In this document: piece by piece, positions 35,075-46,300 of the stretch
Numbering within the stretch: position 1 is the first letter of the stretch
Layout: each line of letters begins with the position of its first letter
Made by a program: the position numbers and the translations under genes
Assembly (NCBI GenBank): GCA_946185205.1
Contig: CAMHIP010000001.1
Span: 630 to 64,629, forward strand
Length of the DNA stretch: 64,000 nt
Direction: 5' to 3'
Source: an uncultured Bacteroidales bacterium
GTDB lineage: Bacteria > Bacteroidota > Bacteroidia > Bacteroidales > UBA932
Notes under the pieces: generated by a model
What the model saw: only the letters and a program-made list of their open reading frames with translations
What the model was told of the DNA's origin: nothing
Database searches by the model: none

Positions 35075-37999
35075 ATGCTCGGTAAACGGCTCATATCGCT
35101 GCTGGCGGCCCTGTGCGCCGCCCTGCCCGCCGCCGCCCAATTCTATACGATGGGGGCGGACCCGGGCGGCCTGCGCTGGAATTATGTCGAGACTCCGACC
35201 TACCGGGTGATCTATCCGCGCGGGCTGGATTCGCTCGGGCGCGCCTACGCCGTGGCGCTGGAGCAGGCGGCCGGCCCCGTCGGGGCAAGCATCGGCATCC
35301 GGCCCAACGAGGCCTACCGCAGCAGGATGCCGGTGGTGCTGCACAGCCATACGGCCTATGCCAACGGACAGGTGACCTGGACGCCGCGGCGGCTGGAGCT
35401 GCTCACCACGCCGGACGCCGTCCCCTCCGAGGCGTCCACCTGGATCCGGCAGCTGTCCCTCCACGAGTCCCGCCACGTGGCGCAGATGCAGCCGGGCGCC
35501 GCGAAGCCTTTCCGCTGGCTGAATGTCCTCTCCGGGCAGCTGTGGCCGGGCGCGGTCGCGGCCCTCTACGGCGGACCGGCCTTCTTCGAGGGCGACGCCG
35601 TGGTGGCGGAGACGGCGCTGACCCGGGCCGGACGGGGCCGGACGGCCGATTTCCTGGAATACTACCGCGTGAGTTTCGCCGCAGGCGATTTCCGCGACTA
35701 TTGGCGCTGGCGCTACGGCTCCCAGCGCTACTACACGCCCGACTACTACCGCGCCGGGTACCTCGCCGTCGGCGGCATCCGGGCGCACTACGGCGTGCCG
35801 GACCTGTCGGCGCGCTTCTACCGGCGGGTGGCGGACCACGGCGGCGTGGCCTTCCTCAACTGGGACAAGACGGTGCGCGAAGCCACCGGGAAGTCTTTCC
35901 GCGAGGCCTTCGCCGAAGTCAGCGACACCCTGCAGGCGCAGTGGGCGGCGGACGAGGCGGCGCGCGGGCCGTTCCTCCCGACGGAAGCCGTCACGGGCGT
36001 GCCGCGCCGTTTCACCGAATACACGGGGCTCGAAGCGCTGGGTGACGACCTGTACGCCATCCGCAGCGGGATCACGCAACCTGCCCGGCTGGTCCGCATC
36101 GCAGCGGACGGGCGGCAGACGCCGCTCACGCTGCTGGGCAGTTCCGTCTCCGCACCGATGTACAACAGCGCCACCGGGCGGCTCTATTGGAGTGAAATCG
36201 TCCGGGACGCCCGCTGGCCGCTCCGTTCCTGGTCCGTCATCCGCGCCGGCGACGGACGGCACACCGAAAAGCTGACCCGCAGGACACGCTACTACAACCC
36301 GGCCCCGGCCCCGGCCCCGGACGCGCCCGTGCTCGCCGTCACGGAGTATCCCGTGGAAGGGACCAGCCGCGTGGTCCTGATCAGCGCGGAAGACGGCACG
36401 GTGCAGCAGGCCTGGGACGCCCCGTCCGGGATGCAGGTCCTGGAGACGGCCTGGGTCGGCGGAGACCTGTATATCAACGCCATCACGGAAGAGGGCTACG
36501 GGCTCTACCGCATGCCGGACTTCCGGACCGTCCTCGCACCCCGTCCCGTCAAGATGGCGGACTTGTGGTCGGATGACGGGGAACGGCTCTATTTCACCAG
36601 CGACCTCAGCGGGGTCAACGAACTCTACGCCCTCACGCCGGAAGACGGCTCCGTGGAGCGGCTGACCACGACACGCTTCGGCGGATCGGACTTTGTAATC
36701 GCACGCGACACGCTGTTTTTCAGCGCTTTGCAGCCCGAAGGCCGGCTGATCCGGAAAGTCGCCCTGTCCGCCCTGCACCCGGAGCCGGCCGATTTCTCAC
36801 GGCTGCCGGAATACCCCTTTGCGGAGGCGCTTTCCGCCGGCGAGCCGGCCGTCCCGGACACGGCCGCCGAGGTGGAGGTGAGCGCTCCGCAGCCCTACCG
36901 CAAGCTTGCGCACCTGTTCCATTTCCACTCCTGGCTGCCGGTCTATTTCAAGTATGACGCCGTGGACGCCCTGTCGATGGACACCATCCTCAACGACGCC
37001 GGACTGGGCGTCTCGGGCTTCTGGCAGAACGACCTGGGCACGGGCTACGGCTTCGCCGGCTACCACGCCGGCTGGGACGGCGAACGCTGGCGGCATTCGC
37101 TGCACGGGCAGGTCACCTACACGGGGCTCTATCCCGTCATCGAGGCCTCCGTGGATTTCGGCGACCGCGATGCGCTGTCGTATCGTCTGGAGAAAAGCGA
37201 AGACGGCAAGACCGTCTCGCTGAAAAGCGCGGCGACCGGCGCCCCTTCCCTGTCGGGTTCGATCCAGACCTACATCCCCTGGGTCTTCTCGTCCGGCGGC
37301 TGGCTGCGCGGCCTCGTGCCCACGGCCACGCTCATCTTCACCAACGACCGCTTCCAGGACGGGCGTCCGATGCACCGCGCAACCCTGAGCCTGCGCGGCT
37401 ACACGATGCAGCAGACACCCCCTTCGCGGGTCTATCCGCGCCTGGGTATCGGTGCCGAAGCGGGTTACAGCTTCCGCTGGATCCCGGGCCTGATCGCCCC
37501 TGCGGGCTACGCTTATCTCTATGGCTATCTGCCCGGTCTGCACGAGACGCACGGGCTGCGCTGGAGCGTGCTCGGCGCCCGCCGCTTCGACGGACTGTTC
37601 AGCGAATCCTTCGCCATCGTGACGCCGCGGGGCTTCGCGCCGGCCGTCACGCGGGCCCTCGCTTCCTATGAGACGCAGGTCAAGGCCGCCCTGGACTACA
37701 AACTGCCGCTCATCCCGGTCGACCGTGCCCTGCTGGGCCCCGTCGCCTATCTGCGCAATTTCGAACTGACCCTGCACGGAGACTACGCCTCCTTCAGCAG
37801 TAAGGGACAGGCGGGTGCGCTTTTCAGCGCCGGTGCGGACCTGACCGCCGTGCTGGGCAACCTCCTCTGGATCCCCTATCCCACCCGCATCGGCGTGTCG
37901 TACAACTACAACGGGGGCCCGTCCTTTGCGGAACTCGCCGCAAAGGGGCTCCCGATGGACAGGCACAGTTTCTCGCTGATTTTCAGCGTGGAAATGTAG
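35075..37999 (+). CDS. Large outer-membrane protein: HExxH zincin-like domain, beta-propeller and probable beta-barrel
   Basis: Signal peptide; LHESRHVAQ...FFEGDA; propeller-like repeats (FTSDLSGVNELY); amphipathic C-terminal strands. Confidence 0.7.
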   Translation: MLGKRLISLLAALCAALPAAAQFYTMGADPGGLRWNYVETPTYRVIYPRGLDSLGRAYAVALEQAAGPVGASIGIRPNEAYRSRMPVVLHSHTAYANGQVTWTPRRLELLTTPDAVPSEASTWIRQLSLHESRHVAQMQPGAAKPFRWLNVLSGQLWPGAVAALYGGPAFFEGDAVVAETALTRAGRGRTADFLEYYRVSFAAGDFRDYWRWRYGSQRYYTPDYYRAGYLAVGGIRAHYGVPDLSARFYRRVADHGGVAFLNWDKTVREATGKSFREAFAEVSDTLQAQWAADEAARGPFLPTEAVTGVPRRFTEYTGLEALGDDLYAIRSGITQPARLVRIAADGRQTPLTLLGSSVSAPMYNSATGRLYWSEIVRDARWPLRSWSVIRAGDGRHTEKLTRRTRYYNPAPAPAPDAPVLAVTEYPVEGTSRVVLISAEDGTVQQAWDAPSGMQVLETAWVGGDLYINAITEEGYGLYRMPDFRTVLAPRPVKMADLWSDDGERLYFTSDLSGVNELYALTPEDGSVERLTTTRFGGSDFVIARDTLFFSALQPEGRLIRKVALSALHPEPADFSRLPEYPFAEALSAGEPAVPDTAAEVEVSAPQPYRKLAHLFHFHSWLPVYFKYDAVDALSMDTILNDAGLGVSGFWQNDLGTGYGFAGYHAGWDGERWRHSLHGQVTYTGLYPVIEASVDFGDRDALSYRLEKSEDGKTVSLKSAATGAPSLSGSIQTYIPWVFSSGGWLRGLVPTATLIFTNDRFQDGRPMHRATLSLRGYTMQQTPPSRVYPRLGIGAEAGYSFRWIPGLIAPAGYAYLYGYLPGLHETHGLRWSVLGARRFDGLFSESFAIVTPRGFAPAVTRALASYETQVKAALDYKLPLIPVDRALLGPVAYLRNFELTLHGDYASFSSKGQAGALFSAGADLTAVLGNLLWIPYPTRIGVSYNYNGGPSFAELAAKGLPMDRHSFSLIFSVEM

Positions 38000-38002
38000 G
38001 AT

Positions 38003-39208
38003 TTAGTAGAACAGGCTCCGGTCGATGCCGCGGCCCATCACCTCATAGCCCTTGGCATTGAGGTGCAGCCAGTCGTTCTCGAAGAGATAGGCCGGGTCCA
38101 GCTTGTCGGGATCCTGCGGATCGGCAACCATGGCGGCGAAGTCGATCACGCCGTCGAAGACGCCGCTCTCCCGGATCCAGGCGTTGAGCGCCTGCCGGCC
38201 CTTCTCGTGCTCGCCGGTCCCGTCGCGGTCGTAGAAACTGCCCTTGGCGGGCGTGACCGTGGCGCCGAACACCTTGATGCCGCGCTCGTGGGCCTTCTGC
38301 ACGATCTCCGTCCAGACCTGCCGGATCTCGTCGGCCGTCTGCAGGCCGTCCGCCTTGCCGCCCAGGTCGTTGGTCCCTTCGAAGAGGATGATGTATTTGA
38401 CGCCGGGATGGCCGAAGAGGTCGCGCTCATAGCGGCTGCGGCCCGTGGGACCCAGGCCGCCGCGCAGGATGCAGTTGCCGCCGAGACCGAAGTTGAGCAC
38501 GGCGATGTGGTCGGTCCTGGGATCTTCCAGCAGCGAACGGGAGAGCTGGTCGGTCCAGCGGTCCTGCCCGTCGGTGGTGGTGCCGCGGCCGTCCGTGATC
38601 GAGTCGCCCAGCACGGCGACGGCCGCGCCCGGCCGGCGGCGCGGGACCACGTCGATGGAACTGATGGTGTACCAGTGCGCCGTCTTCGCGGCCGGCGCGG
38701 AGAAGTCCTGCGTGTCGCCCACGGCGATATAGGAGGTGGTCCGGGAGCCGGGATGGCTGGTCAGCGGCATCGGGGCGACCGCCCCGTAGTGGATGGTAAT
38801 GGCCAGGTTCTCCCGGTCGGCCAGTTTGAACTTGACCGGGTCGGAGACCGCTTCGCCGCCCGCGGCCATCGTGACGCCGCGCTGGCCGCCGAAGGTCAGC
38901 TCCACGCTGCTGCCGGGGACAATCTCCGGGCTGGCGCCCGGTGTCTGTGCGCGGGCGATCTCGACGCCGAGGATCTCGGTCGGCGTCTCGTTGAAAAGGT
39001 TGGACAGGTGCAGGCGCAGCTGCGAGCCGCCGACGGACACCTGGACGATCTGGCGGAAGGAGTTGCCGGCCAGACCGGGCTCCGGCGGGAGGTTGTGCGG
39101 TTCGGCGACCTGCAGGGCGGTGGCCCAGGTGGCCACCCAGTCGGGGGTTTTGGCGCAGGCGGCCAGCAAGGTGGCGGCGAGGGCGAGGGGGAGGAGGATG
39201 CGTCTCAT
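38003..39208 (-). CDS. SGNH/GDSL esterase lipoprotein (probable acetyl esterase)
   Basis: LGDSITDG, GTND and DWLH motifs; LAAC lipobox. Confidence 0.88.
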   Translation of the reverse strand: MRRILLPLALAATLLAACAKTPDWVATWATALQVAEPHNLPPEPGLAGNSFRQIVQVSVGGSQLRLHLSNLFNETPTEILGVEIARAQTPGASPEIVPGSSVELTFGGQRGVTMAAGGEAVSDPVKFKLADRENLAITIHYGAVAPMPLTSHPGSRTTSYIAVGDTQDFSAPAAKTAHWYTISSIDVVPRRRPGAAVAVLGDSITDGRGTTTDGQDRWTDQLSRSLLEDPRTDHIAVLNFGLGGNCILRGGLGPTGRSRYERDLFGHPGVKYIILFEGTNDLGGKADGLQTADEIRQVWTEIVQKAHERGIKVFGATVTPAKGSFYDRDGTGEHEKGRQALNAWIRESGVFDGVIDFAAMVADPQDPDKLDPAYLFENDWLHLNAKGYEVMGRGIDRSLFY

Positions 39209-39211
39209 AGG

Positions 39212-41236
39212 TTATTGGGGGCGGCGGAAACGGGGTTGGATGATGACGGGGCGGTGCTGGTCGTCGTGGACCGGCATGCCCAGACGGTCGGAGCGAATCT
39301 GGCGGTGGATCAGCGAGTCGATCGGGGTGTCCAGCGGGCGGACGTCCGCGGGGAGCGGGCGCTGCGAGAGGGTCTGGAAATAGCCCACGCAGGCGTCGCG
39401 CCACCATTCCGCGTCGTGTTTCTGGATGTCCAGCTTCGTGGTGACTTCGTCGAACAGCGCCGGCGCCACGTAGGGCTGCAGGCCGGCCCAGGTCCGCTGG
39501 AAGTCCTCCACCTGCCGGACGCCGCGGTCGTAGTGCAGGCAGATTTCCTCCCACATCGTGCGGCCGGACTTCAGTTTGTAGTCCCACGGCACGTGGTGGA
39601 ACCACAGGATGAGATTCTCCGGGCAGGAGGCAAGGTCGTTGAACGTCGAGGCCAGCGGCTCGTTGTACTGGTGGGCGTTGTCCGAGCCGGTCTGCGTGCG
39701 GTCGAAGCCGATCCCTTCGGCGTCGGCCTGGTGGTAGTACGGGGGCTGCCAGTCCGGACGGGGCGGCGTGCGGTCCCAGGGCATCGGGCCGTAGTGCGTG
39801 CCTCCGAAGAGGTGGTGCAGGCCCAGCGGCATCTCGTAGTCCACCACCGCCTCGCGGGAGGCCATCAGGATGCCGCGCACGGGCGTAACGAATTTGGCGT
39901 CAAACGCTTTCGCGGACATACCCTCCGGCTTGAGGAAGGTCTGGCGTATCCATTCGTCGGCGATCTGCTCCGCGCCGAGGGTCGGGTCCCAGGCCAGGCG
40001 GCCGAAGGCGTACCAGTTGGCCTGCGCGAAGACATAGCCGCAGAAATTGGGGTCCTGTCCCGTGTTGGCCACGCCGGCCACGGCCATGATGGTCTTGGAG
40101 ACAGGCGTGCCGGGGCCGTCACGGTAGGTATCGGATTTCAGGCATTCCTCCCACATCGTGCCCAGGTAGGCGAGGTGGTTGGAGAAGCCGAGGTACTCCT
40201 GCGTGACCTGGAACTCCATCATCATCTGCGTGTTGCGCATCCGGCCGAAGAGCGGGCTGAAGGGCTCTCGCGGCTGGAAATCGACGGGACCGTTCTTGAT
40301 CTGCACGATCACGTTGTCCGCGAATTTGCCGTCGAGCGGCACGAACTCCTCCACGGCCTGGTTGGCCCGGTCGGGGCTGGTGGGGCTATAGACGAAGGCG
40401 CGCCACATCACGATGCCGCCGTAGGGAGCGAGGGCTTCGCCCAGCATATTGGCGCCGTCGGCGTGGGTGCGGCCGTAGTCCTGCGGACCGGCCTGGCCTT
40501 CGGAGTTGGCCTTGACCAGGAAGCCGCCGAAGTCGGGGATGGCGGCGTAGATCTCGGCCGCCTTGGCCTTCCACCAGGCCCGGACCTTCGGGTCCAGGGG
40601 GTCGCCGCTCTTCAGGCCGCTCAGGGCGATGGGCGAGGTCCACTTGATGGAGATATAGGTCCTGATGCCGTATTCGCGCAGGATGGCGGCGATCTTCGCC
40701 ACGCGGGCGATGTGCTCCGCATCGAGGATCAACGGGTTGGAATTGACGTTGTTGAGGACGGCGCCGTTGAGGCCCACGGAGGCGCAGAGCTCGCCGTAGC
40801 GGCGGATGCGCTCCTCCGGGATGTCGGGGCTGGTCCATTCCCACATCGAGAGCCCGGCATAGCCGCGCTCCACGGTGTCGTCGAGGTTGTCCCAGTGGTT
40901 GAGCAGGCGCAGGTCATAGGCCGGGGCCTGCTGCACGTCCATGCCGGGACCGGCCTGTCCGAGCACCTCGGCGCGCTGCAGGGCATAGACGCCATAGCGC
41001 AGGCCGGCCTCGGAGCCGGCGTCGATGCGGCGCTGGGCGCCCTCGTCATAGATATGGAATCCCTCGGCGGGCAGGGCCGGGTCGATGCGGGTCTGCACCG
41101 ACGCGAGGACTTCGGCGTAAGGGCGGCCGGCGGCCAGCCAGAGATCGGAGCCGTCCTGCGCCGCAGGGACGGGACGGCTGCAGGCGGACAGCAGCGCCGC
41201 GCCGGCAAGAAGGGTCAGGAAAAGGGTTTTCCGCAT
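39212..41236 (-). CDS. GH67 alpha-glucuronidase
   Basis: NHWDNLD, VERGYAG, VKANSEGQ, KNGPVDFQPREP and TQEYLG motifs. Confidence 0.93.
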   Translation of the reverse strand: MRKTLFLTLLAGAALLSACSRPVPAAQDGSDLWLAAGRPYAEVLASVQTRIDPALPAEGFHIYDEGAQRRIDAGSEAGLRYGVYALQRAEVLGQAGPGMDVQQAPAYDLRLLNHWDNLDDTVERGYAGLSMWEWTSPDIPEERIRRYGELCASVGLNGAVLNNVNSNPLILDAEHIARVAKIAAILREYGIRTYISIKWTSPIALSGLKSGDPLDPKVRAWWKAKAAEIYAAIPDFGGFLVKANSEGQAGPQDYGRTHADGANMLGEALAPYGGIVMWRAFVYSPTSPDRANQAVEEFVPLDGKFADNVIVQIKNGPVDFQPREPFSPLFGRMRNTQMMMEFQVTQEYLGFSNHLAYLGTMWEECLKSDTYRDGPGTPVSKTIMAVAGVANTGQDPNFCGYVFAQANWYAFGRLAWDPTLGAEQIADEWIRQTFLKPEGMSAKAFDAKFVTPVRGILMASREAVVDYEMPLGLHHLFGGTHYGPMPWDRTPPRPDWQPPYYHQADAEGIGFDRTQTGSDNAHQYNEPLASTFNDLASCPENLILWFHHVPWDYKLKSGRTMWEEICLHYDRGVRQVEDFQRTWAGLQPYVAPALFDEVTTKLDIQKHDAEWWRDACVGYFQTLSQRPLPADVRPLDTPIDSLIHRQIRSDRLGMPVHDDQHRPVIIQPRFRRPQ

Positions 41237-41335
41237 AAGATCTGTGGTTTTGTACTTTGTACAAAGATAACGATTTCCCGGCATCTGCCGCCCGGCGATG
41301 TACCATTTCCTTTTGATTTCGGGTCAAGGAAAGCG

Positions 41336-41365
41336 GAACAGGCATCCCTCACGGGGTGCCTGTTC
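41336..41365 (-). terminator. Stem-loop between susD and GH67
   Basis: GAACAGGCATCCC-tcac-GGGGTGCCTGTTC. Confidence 0.65.
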
Positions 41366-41396
41366 TTTTCCAACCAACTTGTTTATTGTTTAACCA

Positions 41397-43331
41397 TTAT
41401 TCCGTGGGGTAGCCGGGGTTCTGGTAGGCGGCTTTCTCGGAGTCGGTCATGTCCATGCCGTTGAGCTGGCTCTGCGGGATGGGCCGGAGGTACATGTAGT
41501 CCTCGATGGTGCGGGTGAAGGTCTCCGGCTTGTGGGCACCCCAGAAGGCGCCGCTGATGGTGTAGGTGCCGGCGCGCTCTTTCCAGGTCTGGGTGCGCAC
41601 CAGGTCGAACCAGCGGAATCCTTCGCCATAGAGTTCGCGCATGCGCTCGTCCAGGATGTAGTCCAGGGTGATGGTCGCGGGCGTGGAGGCCTCCAGGTCG
41701 GCGCTGAAGTCGGCGTTGTAGGCGGCGCGCTCGCTGTTCTTCCAGGTCCACACACCGGCGCGGCGGCGCAGCACGAGCAGGTTCTGGCGGGCCTTGTCGT
41801 TCTGGCCCAGCTTGAAGGCGGCTTCGGCGGCCACGAGATAGAACTCGGAGAATTTCAGCACGTTGTAGGGACGGGTGCTGCCGGCGTTCGGCGAGCCGAG
41901 CTGGGTCGCGTGGTCGTAGTCGGTGCGGTAGCAGCCGAGTTTCCACAGGGCCGGATAGGCGATGCGGCTGATGCCGTTGAGGTCGAAGACGTAGTCTGCG
42001 CGGCCCGGGACGGTGCCGGCGCCGACGTTCGCGCCGTCGGTGTTGCTCTGCTTGTCGGGATAGACGATGTCGTCAAGCACCTCGGGGATGAAGGAGAGCA
42101 CGCGGCCGCCCTTGGGAATGGTCATGCCGTTGGCGCCGGGGGCGCTGGCGGCCTGGTTGCCGGCCTTCTCCCAGTTGCCGTAGTAGGCGGTGGTGAAGGT
42201 GCCCTCGAAGCGGGAGTCCTTGGTGATGTCCTGGCTGGTGAAGATCTTGATGGCCTCATGGGTCGGAGCCATACGGGTCCAGGGGCGTCCAATCTCCTGG
42301 CAGGCCTCGCGCTGGACGGCGCCGATGCCGCCGAGGTTGATCGTGCCGTGGTTCCAGTTCATCATCCAGCCGGCGAAGTTGTCCGGGGCTCCGCCGCCGC
42401 CGTAGCTCAGGCTGCCGCCGTTGTACTGCTCGCTCTTCTCGGTATGGTCCGCCCAGAGGAGGATCTCCTTGTTGCGGTCGTTCTGCGCGAGGCTGACTTC
42501 GCGGAAGGTCTGCATCAGGCCGTAGGGGCCCGGATTGGCGATCGCGGTCTCACAGACGGACAGGGACTGCTGGAAGTACCAGGCAGCGTCATGGCCGCCC
42601 AGATCTTTGCGGTCGGCAGCCGGGTAGGTCGGGATGTTTTTGGGGTTCTCCAGCCACCAGCCGAAGGTCAGGTAGGCCTTGGCCAGCGCGAGCCGGGCCA
42701 CGTTTTTGGTCACGCCGCCGACCACGCGCGGATGGTCGGGCAGGTTGTTCACCGCCGCTTCCAGGTCGGAAAAAACGGCCTTGTAAACCTCGGGAACGGT
42801 GTTGCGCACGGAGGTGCGGACCGGCGTGCTGTTGAAGGCGAGTTCGCCGGAGCCCAGGTCGAGGGGCACGCCGCCGAAGGTCTGGACGAGCTGGAAGTAG
42901 TACCAGCCGCGGAAGAACCTGGCTTCTGCGATCAGCGCCTCGGACAGGCCGACGGACTCGGCGTTCTCGATGATGCCGCTGGCGGTGTTGATGTAGGGGA
43001 ACACCGTGTTCCAGAGCACGTCGGAACGGGAGGAAGAGGCGTTGAGGTTGCCGACGCCGGACAGGTCGGCGTCCTTGAAGTTGCCGTCGGCGGACTGGCC
43101 GTAGGTGGCTTCGTCCGTGCCGGTGGTGTTGATGTTGTAGTAGTAGGCCTGGCCGTAGAAATAACGGAGCGAAGCGTACAGGGCCGTCAGACCGCCTTCC
43201 ACACCGGCTTCCGTCTGGAAGAAGCCCGGCTCGAAGAAAGTACGGGGCTGCTCGTCAAGCACCTTGGTGCAGGAAGCCGCAAGCGTGGCGGCAGCGGCGA
43301 GCGCGGCGAGGATGTATGTCAATTTTTTCAT
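41397..43331 (-). CDS. SusD/RagB-family lipoprotein
   Basis: AASC lipobox; EARFFRG, ILDERMRELYGEGFRWFDLVR and QNPGY motifs. Confidence 0.93.
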   Translation of the reverse strand: MKKLTYILAALAAAATLAASCTKVLDEQPRTFFEPGFFQTEAGVEGGLTALYASLRYFYGQAYYYNINTTGTDEATYGQSADGNFKDADLSGVGNLNASSSRSDVLWNTVFPYINTASGIIENAESVGLSEALIAEARFFRGWYYFQLVQTFGGVPLDLGSGELAFNSTPVRTSVRNTVPEVYKAVFSDLEAAVNNLPDHPRVVGGVTKNVARLALAKAYLTFGWWLENPKNIPTYPAADRKDLGGHDAAWYFQQSLSVCETAIANPGPYGLMQTFREVSLAQNDRNKEILLWADHTEKSEQYNGGSLSYGGGGAPDNFAGWMMNWNHGTINLGGIGAVQREACQEIGRPWTRMAPTHEAIKIFTSQDITKDSRFEGTFTTAYYGNWEKAGNQAASAPGANGMTIPKGGRVLSFIPEVLDDIVYPDKQSNTDGANVGAGTVPGRADYVFDLNGISRIAYPALWKLGCYRTDYDHATQLGSPNAGSTRPYNVLKFSEFYLVAAEAAFKLGQNDKARQNLLVLRRRAGVWTWKNSERAAYNADFSADLEASTPATITLDYILDERMRELYGEGFRWFDLVRTQTWKERAGTYTISGAFWGAHKPETFTRTIEDYMYLRPIPQSQLNGMDMTDSEKAAYQNPGYPTE

Positions 43332-43343
43332 ATCCGTATCCGA

Positions 43344-46300
43344 TTAGAAGGTGAGATTGATACCGAAGATGTAGTTGCGGGTGTTCGGCGTGTTGGTGCC
43401 GACGACCTTCTGGCGATAGAGGTAGCCTGCGGAAGCCTGGAAGCTGCCGTCGTTGCCGCGGGCGTTGGGCTCGGGATCGAGGCCGGTCTCGCTGTGGAAC
43501 CGGGAGAAGAGCACGAAGGGGTTCTGGGCGGTGGCATAGACGCGGAGGCGGTCGATGCCGGCGCGCTTGAGCGCGGGGATCTTGTCGAAGTTGTAGCCGA
43601 GCGTGATCGTGCCGATCTTCAGGAAGGAGCCGTTGAAGTAGGCCAGGGTGGAGCCGTAGAGCGGGTTGTCGTTGCTGTTGAGTCCGCCCGGACGCGGGTA
43701 GTGGGCACCCGTGTTGTTCTCGGTCCAGTAGTCCACCTTGATCTGGCCGCGGCGGCCGGTCAGCATGTTGAGATAGCCGCTGGAGCCGTGGAGGGTGGAG
43801 ATGAGGATGCCGCCGGCCTGGAAGTTGCCCAGGACGGTGAGGTCCCAGTTGCGGAACTGGAGACGGGTGTTGAAGCCGCCGAGGAACTTGGGATCGGCGT
43901 TGATGGGCACCTGGTCGTTGGTGTCGATGGCGCGCACGGGCAGGCCGTCTTTGTATTCACCGTGATACTTGACCTTGATGTCGCCCGGCGCGGCGCCCGG
44001 CTGGAGGATGTTCATCAGCGTCTCCTCGCCCTTCTGCCAGAGGCCGTCATACTCGTAGTCGTAGAGGCAGTTGATCGGCATGCCGACGAACCAGCGATTG
44101 CCGCGGTCCTCGGTCTGGCCGGATGCCAGGGAGACGAGTTTGTTGCGGTTGGCGTAGATGTTCAGGCCGAGATCCCACTTCCAGTCGCGGGTGTCGATGA
44201 TCGTGCCGTTGAGGGACAGTTCGATACCGCGGTTCTGCGTGCTGCCGATGTTGGCGGTGTAGGAGCCCACGCCGGAGGTGGCGGGCAGGTTGAGGCCGAG
44301 CAGGATGTCGTGCGTGCTCTGGGCATAGTACTCGAAGGTACCGGTCAGGCGGCCGGAGAAGAAACCGAAGTCGAGACCGGCGTTCCAGGTATTGGAGTAC
44401 TCCCAGCCGAGGTCGGAGTTGGGCAGCGTGGACACGAAGTAGCCCGTGGCGTAGGTGTCGCCGAAGTTGTAGGGACGGGTGCCCAGCGAGCCGAGGGTCT
44501 GGTAGGGGTTGATGGCCTGGTTGGAGGTCTCACCGTAGCCGACGCGGAGCTTGAGTTCGTCCAGCCAGCCGCGGGCGCCCTCCATGAAGGGCTCGTTGTG
44601 GATGTTCCAGCCCACGGAGACGGCCGGATAGGTGTGCCACTGATGGCCCTTGGCCAGACGCGAGGAGGCGTCGGAGCGGACCGCGGCGGAGATCATGTAT
44701 TTGTCTGCGTAGCTGTACATGACGCGGGCCATGTAGGAGATCAGGCCGGCCTGCCAGTAGTTGGCGGCGTTGGGGCTCACGGTGATGTCCTCGGCGAGGG
44801 CCTGGCCGATGTTGTAGTAGAGGAACTGCTCGTTGGGGATGTTGCGGGCCGACATGCCGTTCTGCTCATAAGTGGTCTGCTCGGCGGAATACATCGCCAC
44901 GACATTCAGATGATGCTTCTCGGCAAAGGTGCGGTCGTAGGAGAGCAGGCTCTCGAGGGTCCAGTTGACCGTCTGGTTCTGGCTGGTGCTGGCGCTGTTG
45001 GGGTTGGCGACATTGAAACTGTTGACGCCCTTGCCGGTGAAACTGCCGCTCTTGTTGGTGCGGAAGTTGGCGCCGACGGTCTGCTTGAAGGAAAGGCCTT
45101 CGACCCAGGGGGCCTTCAGCTCGATGTAGCCCGTGTTGTAGGAGCCGAAGCCGCGGTTCTCGTTGACCCAGCGGTCGGCGTATTCCTCGATGTTCTTGCG
45201 GGTCGGGATCCACACGTCGTCCAACGGCATGCTGGCGCGCACCAGGGAGGTGCCGTCGGCGGCCGTCGGCTTGAGGATCGGGGACAGCTGCAGGATGCCG
45301 TACAGGCCCAGCTGGTTGCCGTGGGAGGTATTGTAGTTGGTGTTGGTCGAGAAGCCGATCTTGAGCCAGTCGGTCAGGTTCTGGTCCAGGCTGCCGCTCA
45401 GGGAGATGCGGTCGTAGTCCTGCGTGGGGACGACGGCTTCATCCTTATAATAGGCGGCGCTGAAGCGGTAGCTGCCCTTCATCGTGCCGCCCACGACGCT
45501 CAGTTCGTGGTTGCGGACGATGCCCGTGCGGTAGAAGAGGCTCTGCCAGTCGGTATTGACACCTTCTTCCTCGTAGCCGACCTTGTTGGTGTACTTGCCG
45601 GCGAAATTGCGCATCGCGGTGTACTCGGCGCCGTTCATCATCGGGTACTTGATGGCGTTCTTGAAGCCGATGTAGTTGTTGAAGGTCACCTTCGGGGCCT
45701 GTCCGGACACACCCTTGTAGGTGGTGATCAGGATGACGCCGTTGGCGCCGCGGGAGCCGTAGATGGCCGTGGAGGAGGCATCCTTGAGGATGTCCATGCT
45801 CTTGATGTCGCCCGTGGCGATGTCGGAGAGCGAGCCCATGAACGGCACGCCGTCCAGCACGATGAGCGGATCGTTGGAGGCCGACAGGGAACGGTCGCCG
45901 CGGATGCGGATCTCAAGGCTCGCGCCCGGACGGGAGTTGGTCTGGGACATCTGCACGCCGGCCACACGGCCGTTGAGCGAACGGGAGAAGTCGCCGGCGG
46001 CCACTTCGCGGAGGTTGTCGCCGCCCATCGAAGCGATGGAACCGGTCACGTCCTGACGGCGCGCGGTACCATAGCCGATGACGACGATGGCGTCCAGGGC
46101 CTGGGCGTCGTCGGTCAGGACGATGTCAATCTTGGAACGCCCCTGCACGGGTACGCGCTGGGTCGTATAACCCATGCACGAGATCTCGAGCGTGCCGGAA
46201 GGGCTGACCTGGAGAGAATAAGTCCCGTCGACGCCGGTGACGGCGCCGACCGTAGAATTCAAGACCATCACGGCTGCGCCGATGACCGTCTCTCCGCTCT

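Noticed and set aside
36299-36320. CCGGCC hexamer tandem repeat
   Set aside because: Short in-frame Pro-Ala run; unit changes would keep the frame, so it is not a phase-variation switch.
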